NCBI GenBank assembly: GCA_964234715.1
Contig: OZ174275.1
DNA length: 64,000 nt
Reading direction: 5' to 3' (one strand)
From: Podarcis melisellensis
Lineage: Eukaryota
Under the pieces are notes generated by a model. The model saw nothing but the letters and a program-made list of their open reading frames with translations. It did not search any database and was not told the DNA's origin. A program made the position numbers and the translations under genes. This document shows, piece after piece, positions 1 through 15,164 of the stretch; within the stretch, counting starts at the first letter, position 1; each line of letters starts with the position of its first letter.

Positions 1-2093
1 CTATTTTGTGAGTGTGATAGGTGGTTGCCAACCCCAGACATCTTTCTTTGCTTTCAGAATCCACTCCATCTGCATACTGTGCAATAAACAACAATGCAAT
101 CCCACTTGTATACCACAAACCATTGTTCCTGTTTGCCCCAGGACAGAATTCTGCAAGCTAACACTCCTTGTTAAGAACCAGACTGTAGAAAGCTGTCTTC
201 TCCCATTATTCAGCATCATGTGCAAGTGAAACCTGATTTTAATGCAACTGCATCTGGATTTGTACCCATACCACAGTTTCTCTCCCATGAGAAAAATTAT
301 ATCCCTTTTCAGCCACCTAAAGTGGCTATACCAACAAATATACCTGTAGATTTATGCTAAACTTGTCAAAAAGAATTCTTTACTGATACATGCCTTCTAG
401 AAAACAATGCTCATAAAAGATTAGAATACTTTTAAATTAATATTTTATTATATATTATGTAATTATATTTTAAAACCTAACTAATAAATAATGCATAATT
501 TTTATTGATCAGGTTGCTTATCTTGTTCCTCTTGTTTTTGAATTATTTTGTTTAAATGTTTTAGATAATTTCATATGTATATTTTTTGAAGAGCTGGGAC
601 TCTCCTGGAAACACTTAAAACACAGCATGAAATGTGTTAGATAAAATAAACAAATAATTACTTTTTGAAAACCTAATGGGTTCCTTCTTTTTCATTGCTT
701 AGTATGTTTAAGCTTAAGAGGAAATCCAGTAGGCGGAAGAGGAAGAGCCATTATACACAAAAACAGTCCCAAGAAAAATGGGCAAACCTAGTAATTTTCT
801 TTGCTTAGCAGATGCAGTTTTCTCTTATCCTTCACAATAGACAAAGATCCATTAACCTGTCCTGGGCATTTTGGAGATACCTTCCGCTTCCTATGTTTTA
901 ATTGGTCATTTAGAAATAGATAGGTCTAACCCTTCTGCAATTATTGTTCCATGTCAAGTTCCTAAATTGTTTGAAATACTTCAAAAGCCATTCTTTCAAG
1001 CAAAATACACATTTAGCATGTTCGAGGAATGGAAAGGTTGCTGTCAGAAAAGCAAAACCACATGATAGTTCCATAATACATATGTCAATGATGCTTGACT
1101 GGCCCTGCATCTCCAACAAGAGTTTGCACCCATAAGCCTTCTACACCAAAGCCTCATTACATAGAATATTTTTTTCCTTTTCTTCCCCACACTACCTTTT
1201 TATTGCATGTATGCTGCATATCCCATGGTGCAACTCTAAGCATGTTCATTCAGAAGTACATCCTCCTGTGTTAAATAGCATTTGCTTCCTAGTAAGAGTG
1301 TTTAGGATTATAGCCTGATATGTAAAGTAGAAGGTGCAACAGTTAATTTGACAGGCTTCAATTAAGCATGCTCCTAAGTGAATGTGAATAGGATTATAAC
1401 CCTGGGAAGATAAATCACAATGTAAGGCATCCTTTGACATCTGTAAGGTCTCTGCACCAAAAGAATATAATTATAAAACTGGAAACAATTCAGTCTATCA
1501 TGCACAGATACATTTGCAGTTATATTTAGAAAGCAGTATAACTGAGTATTACCTATAATAGTAATATTTCTTCTGAAATATTGAGATGTGAGAGATATTA
1601 GACACAGTATAATACTGTATTGGGGAAATATCAGTAATGATTTCCAAATGAAGCTGCACATGGATTATTTGGATAATGCACTGTAAGGTTGATATCCCAA
1701 AGGATGTAGAAACTGTCTTTTTAAAAATATTTTCATATACAGTACCGTAATTTATAAGGATATTCTTCATGGGATTTTCATAAGATCATGTTTCATTTTA
1801 ATACATTTATTTGAATGGGAACTCTATTATGCCCTCATTTCTCATTGTTAAATTATATATGATTACACTATTTTCTTACATTTGGGGCCACTAAAAGATA
1901 TTGAAAAATATTATAATCTAGAAAATTAGCTTTTCAAGGTCCAAGATAAAATTCCATGACAGGAAAATTGCTTCCAGCTCTAGTCAGCTTTTCTGTGTGA
2001 TTTAGATAAGTGATCATTTTATTAACCAATGTTTGGACTGTGTAGTTATACTCTCAGAAGTAGAATAAACATGAATGCTACCGTAGTACCTTG

Positions 2094-2272
2094 ATGGGAC
2101 AAAGGGTATGGTTATTGGATCAAAGCTAGATATGTTTCATTGATTTTCCTGCTTGCAATCCTTGTGACTCTACTATGTTTTAGGGAAATATAGCAGAGTC
2201 ACAAGGATTGCAAGCAGGAACATCAATGAAACATATCTAGCTTTGATCCAATAACCATATCCTTTGTCCCAT
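2094..2272. repeat. Long near-perfect inverted repeat (87-bp arms, 5-nt loop, 4 mismatches)
   Basis: 2094-2180 is the reverse complement of 2186-2272. Confidence 0.92.
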
Positions 2273-5200
2273 GCAAAATACATAGCTACTTTTACAGGTT
2301 CACATGAAAGAGTATTTCTATTCTCAATATAAAAATACCATGATATGCAGTTATCCTTGATAGTCTGGACAGAATATTTCCCAGTGCTGCACATGTGTTA
2401 TGGAGAAGTTGCAAAGAAATAAGCAGGTTCAAATGCTTAGAGTACAAGGGGCATGTGATTTTTAAATTATTATTCTATATGATTATTGTAAAATACATAC
2501 TATTCTCACTCAGCCCACAACCTCTGTTGCGATGATCATAGTTTATTAGATGCATCTGCTCTAAGGAGAGCATTTTTCCAACTTTCTCTCCCCAGGCCAG
2601 GAAAAGACTTGTTCTCAGTTCTACACAAATGTAGTTATCCAGATAACATCTCTTGTCATTTCTTCTGTATGCATCTATAATTTCTCACTCCCTGCCAGTT
2701 TGGAAGCAAAATTAACAATGGTTTTGTCATGTTACTTACATGTAATCATTGGTACTTTTCACTGGTATTCGTTGGTATTTTGCTAGTGCTACAAATATTA
2801 ATATCAGTCTACAGTATCAATATTTCCATCATACTATTTTTTAGCACTTTGCTGTAAAATATATTATTGGTACTCAGCTCTTTGTACAAACTAAGCATGT
2901 AGTCAGACCTTTAAAAGAGTTTTGCAGCACCACCAACTTCCACAGGCAAAGAGGTGAGTTTCTGAGCGTTCTTAGAAAGAGGTTTTCCTTTTCGCTGTTG
3001 GAGAAACCGTTGCCTACCAGAACGGAAACAGCAGTTTAATCTGCACTCAAATATTACTTCTTTGGGCAAGGGGTTACCATGAGGAACCTTAAGCTTGGGG
3101 GGCAGATGCATATCTCTGGGCCACTGGGTCCAGCCTTCAGGACTGTGCCCTGCCCACCCCTCTACACCTGCCATTGGCTTTGCCCTCACCCTCCTCAAGT
3201 GCTTTTGCCTGACTGGAATGTATTTTCTGAACTGTGATAATGCATCACGCTTGCGTGGATGCAGAGATGTGGGTATAGATGTCTCTGACTTTTGCATAGC
3301 TGGAGTGCAGCCTGCTGTACAAGAATAAGAGTCCACCCACTGTTGCTCCATTCACTTTTGCCACTGCCTCCACCCTCCATTGGCATGCGGATCCCAGAGC
3401 AGGCTGTCCAGGAAGGAGTGCAGCCCTCAGGCTCAAAAAGGTTCCCCACCCTAATTGTTTTAATTTATTTATCATATCTTGAGATACCATTTAGTACCAC
3501 AGCTTCTAAGTGGTGTAGAAAAGGGATACAGCATAAAATAAATGAAGATTAAGTATCATTTTTTTAAAAGCTTGCTTGAAATTCCTTCCGATTATTATTT
3601 TTAAAATCTTAACGAAGCACTGGAAGTTCCTCAGAAAAGCGAACCTGTTGGATATCAGCTTGGAGGTAGTTCCACAGAACTGGAGCCACAATCCTGAAGG
3701 CGTAGTTCCTGGTGGTTATGTCAAGTGTCTCAGTCATGGGAAATAAGTGACTCCCTCCAAAACCTTAGCGATTGAGATATAAGGCATCAAGCAGTCCTTA
3801 AGATATCCTGGACACAAGTTGTTAAGGGCCTTGTAAATTTGTAGAACATTTAACCTGGCCCAGTATATGAGAGCAAGCTTCCAGAATCTTTGATGTGTAT
3901 ACAAAATTATTTTCCCTATTCATTTTCAGGGACAGTTCTAAGCATATATCCCTCTGGAAATAATAGGAAAGCATCAGAGTTCCTGTACTACACAGGAAGC
4001 TCTCTTAGGCCAGAGACTATTTATCAAGAGACTAGATGTTCATCCATCCCAGTTTTTACTGAGTTCATTCCCTGGCACCCCCAAGTCCGAAGTGATGTGA
4101 CAGAGCCTCTAAGACTCTGGAGAGCCGCTGTCTGATCCAACTTCTCTGACTAGCAGCAGCACTCCATAGTATTAGGGAGAGACTTTTGTCACATCACTTG
4201 CAACCAAATATTTCAAGCTGTAGATGCCATGGAATTGTTGGATTGTAGAGTACATGTATCGCATTGACTTTCTTCACATAGCATGTGCTCTGTCCACTGA
4301 GCTATATGGTTTCCCCCCATAAAAGTAATATCAGAGCAAATTATAAGTGTGTGACTTTCATTTAATATTTCTGTGGTTAGGGTACCAGATTTCATTTTGC
4401 ATATGATTTGTCAACTATTAGCATTCTGTTAGATCTAGCTCTACATACATGTTACTGGGTCTGTCGTGTTCCCTTAATCTTTTTCAAGTATCTGTTCTAG
4501 AGAATATGCACTATATCACTAAAAACACCTTTTCTAGAGCCTTAATGTGTACCATCAGCTGTCAACTTTGAACTCTTTTAGATGTGGGACGAAACTTGCT
4601 CATCTTCACATCATGCGAGACCCAATTTATCTTACTTGTGATACAACACACAGCAAACTCTATGTACATCTGTTATGTAATGCAGTACATACATATGTGA
4701 GTAGTAATTATTACGACTGTGTGTACAGCAGTTTCTCTCCATGCCAAAAGCAGAGTTGTAGTCACGATATCAGGCTAGGAAGTACCAGCTGACACAGTGG
4801 GTTAGCATTACAGTTGCAGGTGTGGATTGTGCTGTCTGCCCTATCAGCCTCTTTAAACAGGAAGCTATGAGCCCAGTCCTTTGTTGGGTTTGGGGTAAAT
4901 TCAGTGAGCATGCCTCACATCTACAGGGATCATGTGTCTGAAAGCAATGTTGGCCACAAAAGAGCTTTTGCCACAAATATGCAAGGAAGACCTACTCAGT
5001 ATAGCATTCCTGTTCAGAACAAGAAACAGCCAGCAATGCCCTTCCCCAGGATATTCCATTTCATGCTGCCCTCTCAAGCCCCATTTTCTTTTCCAGTCAC
5101 CTTCTATAGACATTCTACTGGTTTGCTTGGAAGGGCACCTTACAAAGGTTATTTAGAACAAAGTGTATTTCTGCAAAGCTTGTGGCTTTCCCCCCAAGCA

Positions 5201-6179
5201 TGCTGCTACTTCTTAACAGAAGCCCTGCTCTATCAGGCCAATGGCCTAACATCCTGTTTTCACAGCAGCCAACTAGATGCACTGGGGTCCTGTTTGCAGG
5301 CTTCCCATAGGCTAGAGCACTCTTCTGCTGCTGTTTCAAGCAACTGACTCCCCTCTTGTTTCTCAATGGTTCCATTTCTTTTGGTATTCACCACCAGCAT
5401 CTCTTGTTTGAAGGACTGAACAGGTGGGGTTGAGATACAAGTAGTGAAGTTTTAGGTGGCATGTTAACTTTAAACTGATTATTGGGTTGATGCAACTGTT
5501 CTGTCCAAAACAGCACTCAACTATCCGTTTTGTGGTAGGCACCTGAACAAAACTCAATAATACATCATTTTACCTTTCCACAACAAGCAACAGAAGAAAG
5601 CTTTTCTCATGTGTTTGTGTGTGATGAAGGACATGAGGCAGGGAAAATGAAACATTGCAGAGATGTAGGAAACAATGAAGATAAAAGAACAAAGTCAGAT
5701 ATACTCAGGGAGAAGGAAACAGGAAGTCTGATGTGACGAAAGAGCAATTATCAGAATAGAAATAATCACAAGCCTAAAGGAAGTGTAATTTCTCCACCGT
5801 ATGATTGAGATATTTCACTGCCTCCAATTCCTGATAATTGAACCCATGTTCCTTTTCAAGAGTGCACCTGAAATGTATAGAAACTTTGTATGAGGTGGCA
5901 AGCCTATGCACATTTACCTAGGAGCAAGTCCAACTCAACAAAGGGGATTTACTTCCTAGTAAATTTGGGTGTTAAAATTTTGTGTATGCCTATACTAGTG
6001 TGCTGAACAACAATGTGTGTTTAAACAAAGGATTATGCTAGTCCCATTTACCAGCATCTAACCCCTTCCAGCAAACCACAGCAGATTTGGACATGGATTG
6101 TGCTAAATTGAAGCCTTGCTACTTGAGAGGTTTTACAGTAAAGAGACTCCAGAGTCTTTATAGCATTCAACTTAAATGC

Positions 6180-6185
6180 TTTATT
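6180..6185 (-). terminator. FOS distal polyadenylation signal AATAAA (cleavage near 6160)
   Basis: Minus strand CTGTCAATAAAGCATTTAAGTTGAATG, matching the recalled mammalian FOS mRNA 3' end. Confidence 0.85.
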
Positions 6186-6254
6186 GACAGTGTCTTGAAC
6201 AGTAAGCAAACAATGCTTAAATGTCATCCAAATTCACTTTCCACATGTCAATTA

Positions 6255-6340
6255 CCTCAAGGTAGAAAAAAATAAAATAAAAAATTAAATATATCCATAA
6301 ATAAATTAAAAACACAATAAAAACGTTTTCATGGAAAACT
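6255..6340 (-). promoter_or_regulatory. c-fos 3'UTR AU-rich destabilising element (ARE)
   Basis: Minus strand reads TTCCATGAAAACGTTTTTATTGTGTTTTTAATTTATTTATGG...TTTTATTTTATTTTTTTTCTACCTTGAGG, with overlapping ATTTA pentamers and a U-rich tract; closely resembles the mammalian c-fos ARE as recalled. Confidence 0.9.
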
Positions 6341-6579
6341 TATGTCAAACCATTCAGACCACTTCAACAATGTATGATCAGTTAAAGTTACAATGAACAT
6401 TGATGTACAAGGAGAACTTTAGTACATGGACAACATAGCTATTTATTAATCTACTAGAAAATAAAAGGGTATCTTTTCGCAGTTAAGTTGGGTCATTGCT
6501 AAGTCATCAAAACACGATATTGCCAGGAACACAGTAGTTATTGTTAGTCAGCTGCACTAGATACGAGTTGAAGATACCC

Positions 6580-6760
6580 AGCACCATATTAAGAATTCCA
6601 ATCATTAAACCAACAGATTAATTAGTTAATGCTAGTGAATAGTAAAGAGGAGGGAAGGGAGTCACCAACCCAGCCATGTTGAACATGCTACGAAACTACT
6701 AGTTCTCATTGATGGGGGACAAGACAGATTCCATGCGGTTTTGCTACATCTCTGGAAGAG
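6580..6760 (-). promoter_or_regulatory. miRNA seed matches in FOS 3'UTR (miR-29 TGGTGCT ~6580; miR-155 AGCATTAA ~6626; miR-221/222 ATGTAGCA ~6742; miR-7 TCTTCCA ~6753)
   Basis: Seed complements read directly on the minus strand; function inferred only. Confidence 0.45.
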
Positions 6761-6989
6761 GTATCAGGCCTGGCGTCTGGCTGCGAGGCAGCCCCTCCAG
6801 CAAAGTCATTTCCCTCCAAGTGGGCTGCCCATACCAAACCTCCGGAATGGAGGGCTTCGTCTTTCCCTAGGCCTCGGGTGGGATCTCGGAGCTCCACAGG
6901 AAGGAGAGAGCGGCTCCTTGGCGGCCTAAAGCCCCATGCAGCAGCAGCAAGGGCGGGTGGGCTCGGTCTCCGCCGTGGTGATGCCCCTA

Positions 6990-9249
<2,260 letters not shown>

Positions 9250-9423
9250 GTCGGCTAATCTGGGGGTGTAAAAGCCCTTCAGGGTGGTATATCTTTCCCA
9301 GATAAGTATCCGAATTGAGCGAGTCCTCGGCTAGGCGAATGGGTTACTTAGAAACCCCAGCCGCTTCTATGCTTCTGCCTGCTTCAGCCACACTGCTGCT
9401 GGAGTAAAGAGCGGCACCTCCGC

Positions 9424-9470
9424 CTTTTATTCGCTACGGCCAGGACTTGTGAATGAGACGACGTCACGGG
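9424..9470 (-). promoter_or_regulatory. FOS core promoter: -60 CRE (CCCGTGACGT, 9470-9461) and TATA-like AATAAAAG (9431-9424); TSS inferred near 9400
   Basis: Minus strand CCCGTGACGTCGTCTCATTCAC...GAATAAAAGG; motif order and spacing as in the c-fos promoter. Confidence 0.8.
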
Positions 9471-9696
9471 CGAAACCAATCCTCATGGGAGGGGAGCAAC
9501 GGCGGTCACGAACGACCTCTGAGAGGGCCCGAAGTGCCTGGCGCTAGCAGAATCCCTCTGAAAACAAGCTGAAGGTCGTCTCCAAAGCGTCGCGGAGATT
9601 CTGAGGAAGTTTGGCGGCGGGTCTCAGCCTTTAAAAGTCAGGGAAAGGGGCTGGGTTCCCTCTCCCAAAATGGTTCGCTCTAAGCTCGGGAACCCC

Positions 9697-9755
9697 TGAC
9701 GTAAATATCCTTATATGGCATACATCCTGTGCAAAGGGGGCGTAACTGACGGGAA
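9697..9755 (-). promoter_or_regulatory. c-fos SIE + serum response element: SIE TTCCCGTCA (9755-9747), Ets/TCF CAGGAT (9729-9724), CArG CCATATAAGG (9718-9709), AP-1/CRE TTACGTCA (9704-9697)
   Basis: All four motifs read directly, in canonical c-fos order, ~300 bp upstream of the inferred TSS; perfect CC(A/T)6GG. Confidence 0.93.
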
Positions 9756-10705
9756 CGCTTCAGGGCTGAGGCCAAGGGATGGTGCGTGCCTGTGGTAGCA
9801 ACGGCAGGGGGAGTGGAGAGTAAAAGCAGCAAGAGCCGCAGCAAAGGCTTCTGCATGCAGATTCTGCCCATTTACTGCTGACCAGACACTGAAGTGACAG
9901 CTTAAAGAGACAGAGATGCAATTTTGCCCATCATCTCCACAAGGAGAGTCATATAAACCTTCACGAATTCACTGATTCTATGATCTCATAAGATCAGCAG
10001 CTCTGGAATTTCTAAATTTTAGATGATATGGCATTCACAGGAATGTCCTCTGCCCACTCTGAAATAGGGGTGATGATATGCAGCATAAAGCCAAGGTGAT
10101 TAAATGGGGGATACAGAACAGATTTTTACTCACAGGTTAGTTTTTCAATTGCATTGGACTACATAATTACCTTTCTACTGTTTGGTGTTAAGTCCAAAGA
10201 GTGCAGTGATCATATGAGAATAATTATTATTTATTCTGGACAAGGTTTGTTCTTCTGGATATAGGCAATGCAGTCCTCATCATATTCACACATGCAGCAG
10301 GCCTCAGTGGTCATTATTCCCACATTACTGTCTCAGAAATGAGATGAGCTCATAATGCCCCGAGCCTTCCTGTTGCCGTAAGTGAACCCACCCACATCTC
10401 TGGGCCTGGTGCGTTCTTCTTATAAGGATTTAAAATGTTAATATTGACACTACTATCAAATCTCTATTTTATGTTTGTTCATGTTTAAGAATGTTACATT
10501 TACAACCAAACAAAGCTTTTCTAATATCAATATTACTCATCACACTACAGGAATGAAATTTGGCGAGACTGAAATCCTATACCCACTTATCAGGGAGTAA
10601 ACCCCACAGAACTTAATAGGATTTACTTCTAAGTGTAAGTGCACATAACTGTTCATTATCGCCCTTTCACTTCTTATTAGGATCAAGTGAATTCAATATT
10701 GCTTT

Positions 10706-10940
10706 AAGGTAAAGGAACCCCTGACTGTTAAGTCAAGTCGCAGACGACTCTGGGGTTGCGGCGCTCATCTCGCTTTACTGGCCGAGGGAGCCAGCGTTTG
10801 TCCACAGACAGCTTCTGGGTCATGTGGCCAGCATGACTAAGCTGCTTCTGGCGAACCAGAGCAGCACACGGAAACGCCATTTACCTTCCTGCCGGAGCAG
10901 TACCTATTTATCTACTTGCACTTAGATGCGCTTTTGAACT
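10706..10940 (-). mobile_element. Sauria SINE, 5'-truncated
   Basis: (ACCTTT)-type tail read as aaggtaaagg on +; body 'gcgctcatctcgctttactggccgagggagccagcg...tcatgtggccagcatgact...gtacctatttatctacttgcac' typical of Sauria SINE. Confidence 0.85.
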
Positions 10941-11007
10941 CTTATTAATCTTTAGAACCATAGTTATAGAAAATGATATTCCCCTGAATTCAGTACTGTA
11001 TTTCAAA

Positions 11008-11092
11008 CTGCAATCCTATGTATACTTACCCACAAGTGTCTCACTGAATTTATTGGAACTTACTTCCAAGTAAACATGCATAGGTTCAGACT
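11008..11092. repeat. Representative of a dispersed ~80-bp palindromic squamate repeat (other copies ~5900, ~10572, ~17980, ~26200, ~55170, ~59790)
   Basis: Recurrent 'aatcctat...cttacc...agtaag.ccca.tgaa.t.aatgg.acttactt...gtaa...catagg' quasi-palindrome. Confidence 0.55.
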
Positions 11093-12018
11093 GTTACACA
11101 CATTAAGGACATTTTAAGGTAACTTTTCGTTGTGAAATTTTAGAACATATTATCATGTGGACTGCAAACCCATGTACTGTATTATATAATCTGTCTTAGC
11201 CTTCCATAATTGTTATCGCTTGTTCATTTTCTTTGGAATTTGTAACATGATAGGCAGCCCTAATTAAAGGCTTTCCCATTCCAGTTCACAAAGGTTGTTC
11301 TAGTTCATGCAAGGGACGATCCTTGCCTCCACTACAAACAGTTACAAAACTTCCATTCATTTCAGTTGTGTCAGCATTTTACCTTCTAGTAATTACATGC
11401 AAAAATGCATGTGAAGAAACCAACACTGCAGTTCATGTACCATTTACTCAACACAGTACTGGAGAAACTGATTGCTCAGGGGTTTCTAGAATGGTTTTAG
11501 GTCATTATTGAGGTCATCATCTGTAGGTTAGGTACTAGGGGCTTATGAGAGGAAGGTTCATTCCAGGTGGACACCTCCTGTGACTTGCTTGGAACCACCA
11601 GAATATATTCTAATGGGACTTATAAAGCAAATGTCTTGATGCTGAATTTCCGCAATAAGAATTTCACACTTTTCCTGGTGCTCAGAGCTCTTCACATAGA
11701 TTATCACAGAGATTCTTGCATATCATTGTAAACACAATTGAGAATTATTATCCACATAATAATATTACAATTTAAAGCCCTAAATGGCTTGGGTACAGAT
11801 TGTCTGAAAGATCACCTTCACTGATATAATCCTGTCAGTATGCTAAAATCTACCACAGTCAAGATTAGTTAGGTTGCTGTATGCAAGAGTAGGCCTTCTC
11901 AGTGGTGATCCCCAAACCATTCAACTTCTGTTCCCAAAGACCTTCCTCTTTACAATTGCCTTCAACTTATATGATAAACAGCTTGGATCTTCAGAGTAGC
12001 TTCTCATTTGTTTGACTA

Positions 12019-12151
12019 CATGGGCATAACCAGGATTTTTGTGGCGGAGGCAGGCTTTTGTTGGGGGGCAAACCTCAGTTAGTTAAGTATTTGTATTGAT
12101 TTTTATTGATTGGGGGGCAGCTGCTGCCCCACCCCCTTGGCTATACCCATG
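12019..12151. mobile_element. Non-autonomous hAT-type MITE
   Basis: Imperfect TIRs catgggcataacca / tggctatacccatg; perfect 8-bp TSD tttgacta (12011-12018, 12152-12159). Confidence 0.8.
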
Positions 12152-12779
12152 TTTGACTATATTTTTATATTGTAATTTGTCTCTCACTCCCTTGCTCATT
12201 ACTTTGTGAGAAAGTAGTCCTAGAAAGTGGCTTAATTAATGAATTAAAATAATAATAATAGTGCAGAGGATCAAACATAGCCAGTGATCTAAGGCAGCCC
12301 ACCAAACTCATAGCAGTGCTAAGATTTGAACTAATAATCTGCATGCAGCTCATTACCCATCCTCTCAACTACTATATGCTTTAACTAATAAAACAGACTA
12401 AAGCAAGAGATAATAGACTCAGGCTCCCCTTGCAGGCACTGGATTTATCACAGCAGGATACCCAGATTTCCAGTTTAACCTGGAAATATCACCAGATTAA
12501 CCACTAAGTGGTTCAGAATCCCCCTTTTTTTACTTAAACAGTTGTGTTGATAAGATAGCAAGATTTTAAGTCACACAGAACACTCCTTCAGACTGGAGGC
12601 TACATCTCAAAGTAATCTCCGCACGTTTTTCTTCCCATAGTGGGGCCTCATTTTCACTCTACATTTCTTTTAGCCGCTTCTATGCAGCAAAAACGAAGCA
12701 AATAAACTGAGGTTTATGGTATGCAACCTAAACCGCGGAGCTATTACTATGGGAACCTATATTTACTGCTCCTGCAAAT

Positions 12780-13750
12780 AAAATTCCTGTCTCTGAGGAC
12801 CCAAATGGTTTCTGCGTGCAGTCTTGGATTGGGAAGGAATACCGCACGTGCGCCCTATGTATGGAAAATATAACCTAACGTCCTTCCTGAAGAGAGAGCA
12901 CGGAGCTATGGAATATTCTGCACGTTCTCTAGTGCCGCGATCACGAGACACTGACTTAATCCCCCGGGGGCTCTCGCTAGGAGAAAGGACTGGCGGATGC
13001 AAAAGTCTCTCTCCAGGAGAAGGGTGAAAATTGCGCGCGGGGTTCCGGCTATTCCCCATTACTGGAATGTCCCAGAAACAGAGTGCTTTGCCAGGAGGGA
13101 GCAGGCACCCGGCCGGGACTGCTAGGATGCGCCCAGCCCGCCTCTGGCGGCCGGTAGGGGCTCTTGGGAGGCTGCCAGGGAGCTGCGGTAACAGGTAGAG
13201 GAGGGCTCTCTCCTTTCCCGGAGCTGGGATTTGTTATGATCCGCGCTTGTCCTCTGCAGGGAAGCCCGGAGAGGAGGGAGGGAGCGAGGCGGCAAGGCAG
13301 CCAGCCAGACCGCACTCGCCCGCCGGGGAGGAGCTGGCGTGGCCGCCGCCGCCGCCGCAGCGAGGCGAGCCGGGTGGCGCGTTGGTCACAACAAACAGAA
13401 GCTCGCTCTCTCCCCGGCGCAGTTTCTAGGCAAGGGAGGAGCTTCGCCCAGCCCGAGCCTGCCGATTGAGCTCATAGGCTAGAAAGGCAGCCAGGCGGGG
13501 AGGGATCTGGGCCCTGGAGGCGAGGCGGGGAAATCGGGCCAGCTGCTATTTCGAGGTGTCCCCGTCAGCGCCAGGGACAGGCAGCTTAGGCGCCTCGCCC
13601 CGGGGAGTGGAGCGATTCTTCTCCTGGGTGGGGCGAGACAGGTCCGTGGGGGCGATTTTCTGGCTCCCCGGATTACATAAATCGGCTCAGGCCCCCGAGA
13701 GATAGAAGCCCAAACTCAGGACGAAACGCGGCCCTCCTCTTGCACCAGCT
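12780..13750. promoter_or_regulatory. Orphan CpG island ~3.4-4.3 kb upstream of FOS; likely enhancer or ncRNA promoter
   Basis: GC/CpG-rich stretch in an AT-rich background, (GCC)n run, E-box CACGTG at 12845; no recognisable protein. Confidence 0.6.
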
Positions 13751-15164
13751 AGAAATTGCTTAAGGCCTGCTGGTGTTTGTTGCCAGCTCACCCATCAAGA
13801 GCAAAATACGACAAGCTCCCGTCCCAGGTTGTTCTAGCCTAAGGACAAAGGATCCTTTTCTAAAGCAAATACAGTACAGTAGATGATTTTGTTGTTCAAA
13901 TAGCTCATCGGTTAATCTTTGGCCTCACGTTGTTTTCTTTGAAATCATAAATGGTTTGTCACATGGCCTTTGCTCCAGACTTGGAAGGTCTGACCTTATT
14001 ATTGCCATTATACAAACGGGCAACTGAGGCCAAGAGAAAGTAACTTGTTCAACATGACAAACAAGTCATCACACAGATTTCAGTTCTATAACTTTTTCTT
14101 AAGTCCCAAGCAATAGGTAGAGCAATTCTCAGAAATGTATACCCCACACCAATCAGCATACTCCACATTTAAAACCACAATTTATGTTACGTCAAAGTAT
14201 CTCTGGCGTCAAGCTGTACAGGGATGTACAGAGACGAACAAGTCTGGAAGAATCCAGTCAGCCAGTCAGTTGAACTCTGGTCAGCAATTAAATAGGCACT
14301 CATATAACCTCCAGTCTAAAGTTGCATTGTGATGTATTTTAAAACTGCAGAAAAGCCATGTTGAAAGCAGCCTTTAAAGTAGGTCATCCTATCAACATAT
14401 CAAAAATTAGGTACATGGCTGAAATATTATATCAAGCTTTGCTGAGTTATGAAAGAGATGCTCACTGGATTAATATAATATAATATAATACTGTATAAAT
14501 GTTTTGGTTTATAAAAGCCGGTTCTCAAAGTTCGATCATACTACAGTGTGAGTCTCCTGTGACCAAGAAACAGACCTGAGTATGGGGCTGAGCAGATGAG
14601 CAATAACACGACAATTTTATATTGCCAGTTACATTTTCTGCAAAATACAGTGTCTTATAAAATAAGAGACATATGGTAATTCCAATCATGTACGCACCAG
14701 CAGACAACTCTGCAGTAACCCCTACACTACAAAACTATTTCAAAGCAGTGTGTGAACATAAATAGCTTCAGTAGTCTAAATCAGAATCAGCTAGGGCAGC
14801 AAAGGACAGTGAGCATGATAAGGTTAGATCCAAGCTTCAAGTGTTTAAGGAGTTGCTCACCCAGTTGGACTGTGAAGGAGAATAATTCACATAGTAAAAT
14901 GACCACATTCCAGGTCTCACAGCTGTCTTGATTTTTCAGACTTTTGCCAAATGTGCTCATTGCTGGGAATAACTAACAGAAGCAGCCTTCCGTTTGGACA
15001 CAGAAGGCAATGGTCTGAGGAAAAAACTAATTTGTACATAAATATTTGTACAAGCTATTAAAGGACTTCTTAACTCAGTTCATCAGCTCCATGTGTTTTA
15101 TTGCTGCCCGCAAACTAGACCAACCCAAAGTGCATAGTAGTCAAAATAAAGCCCTAATCTACTT

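Noticed and set aside
2911-3351. 146-aa minus-strand ORF downstream of FOS
   Set aside because: No recognisable similarity or supporting splice structure; probably chance or a degraded repeat
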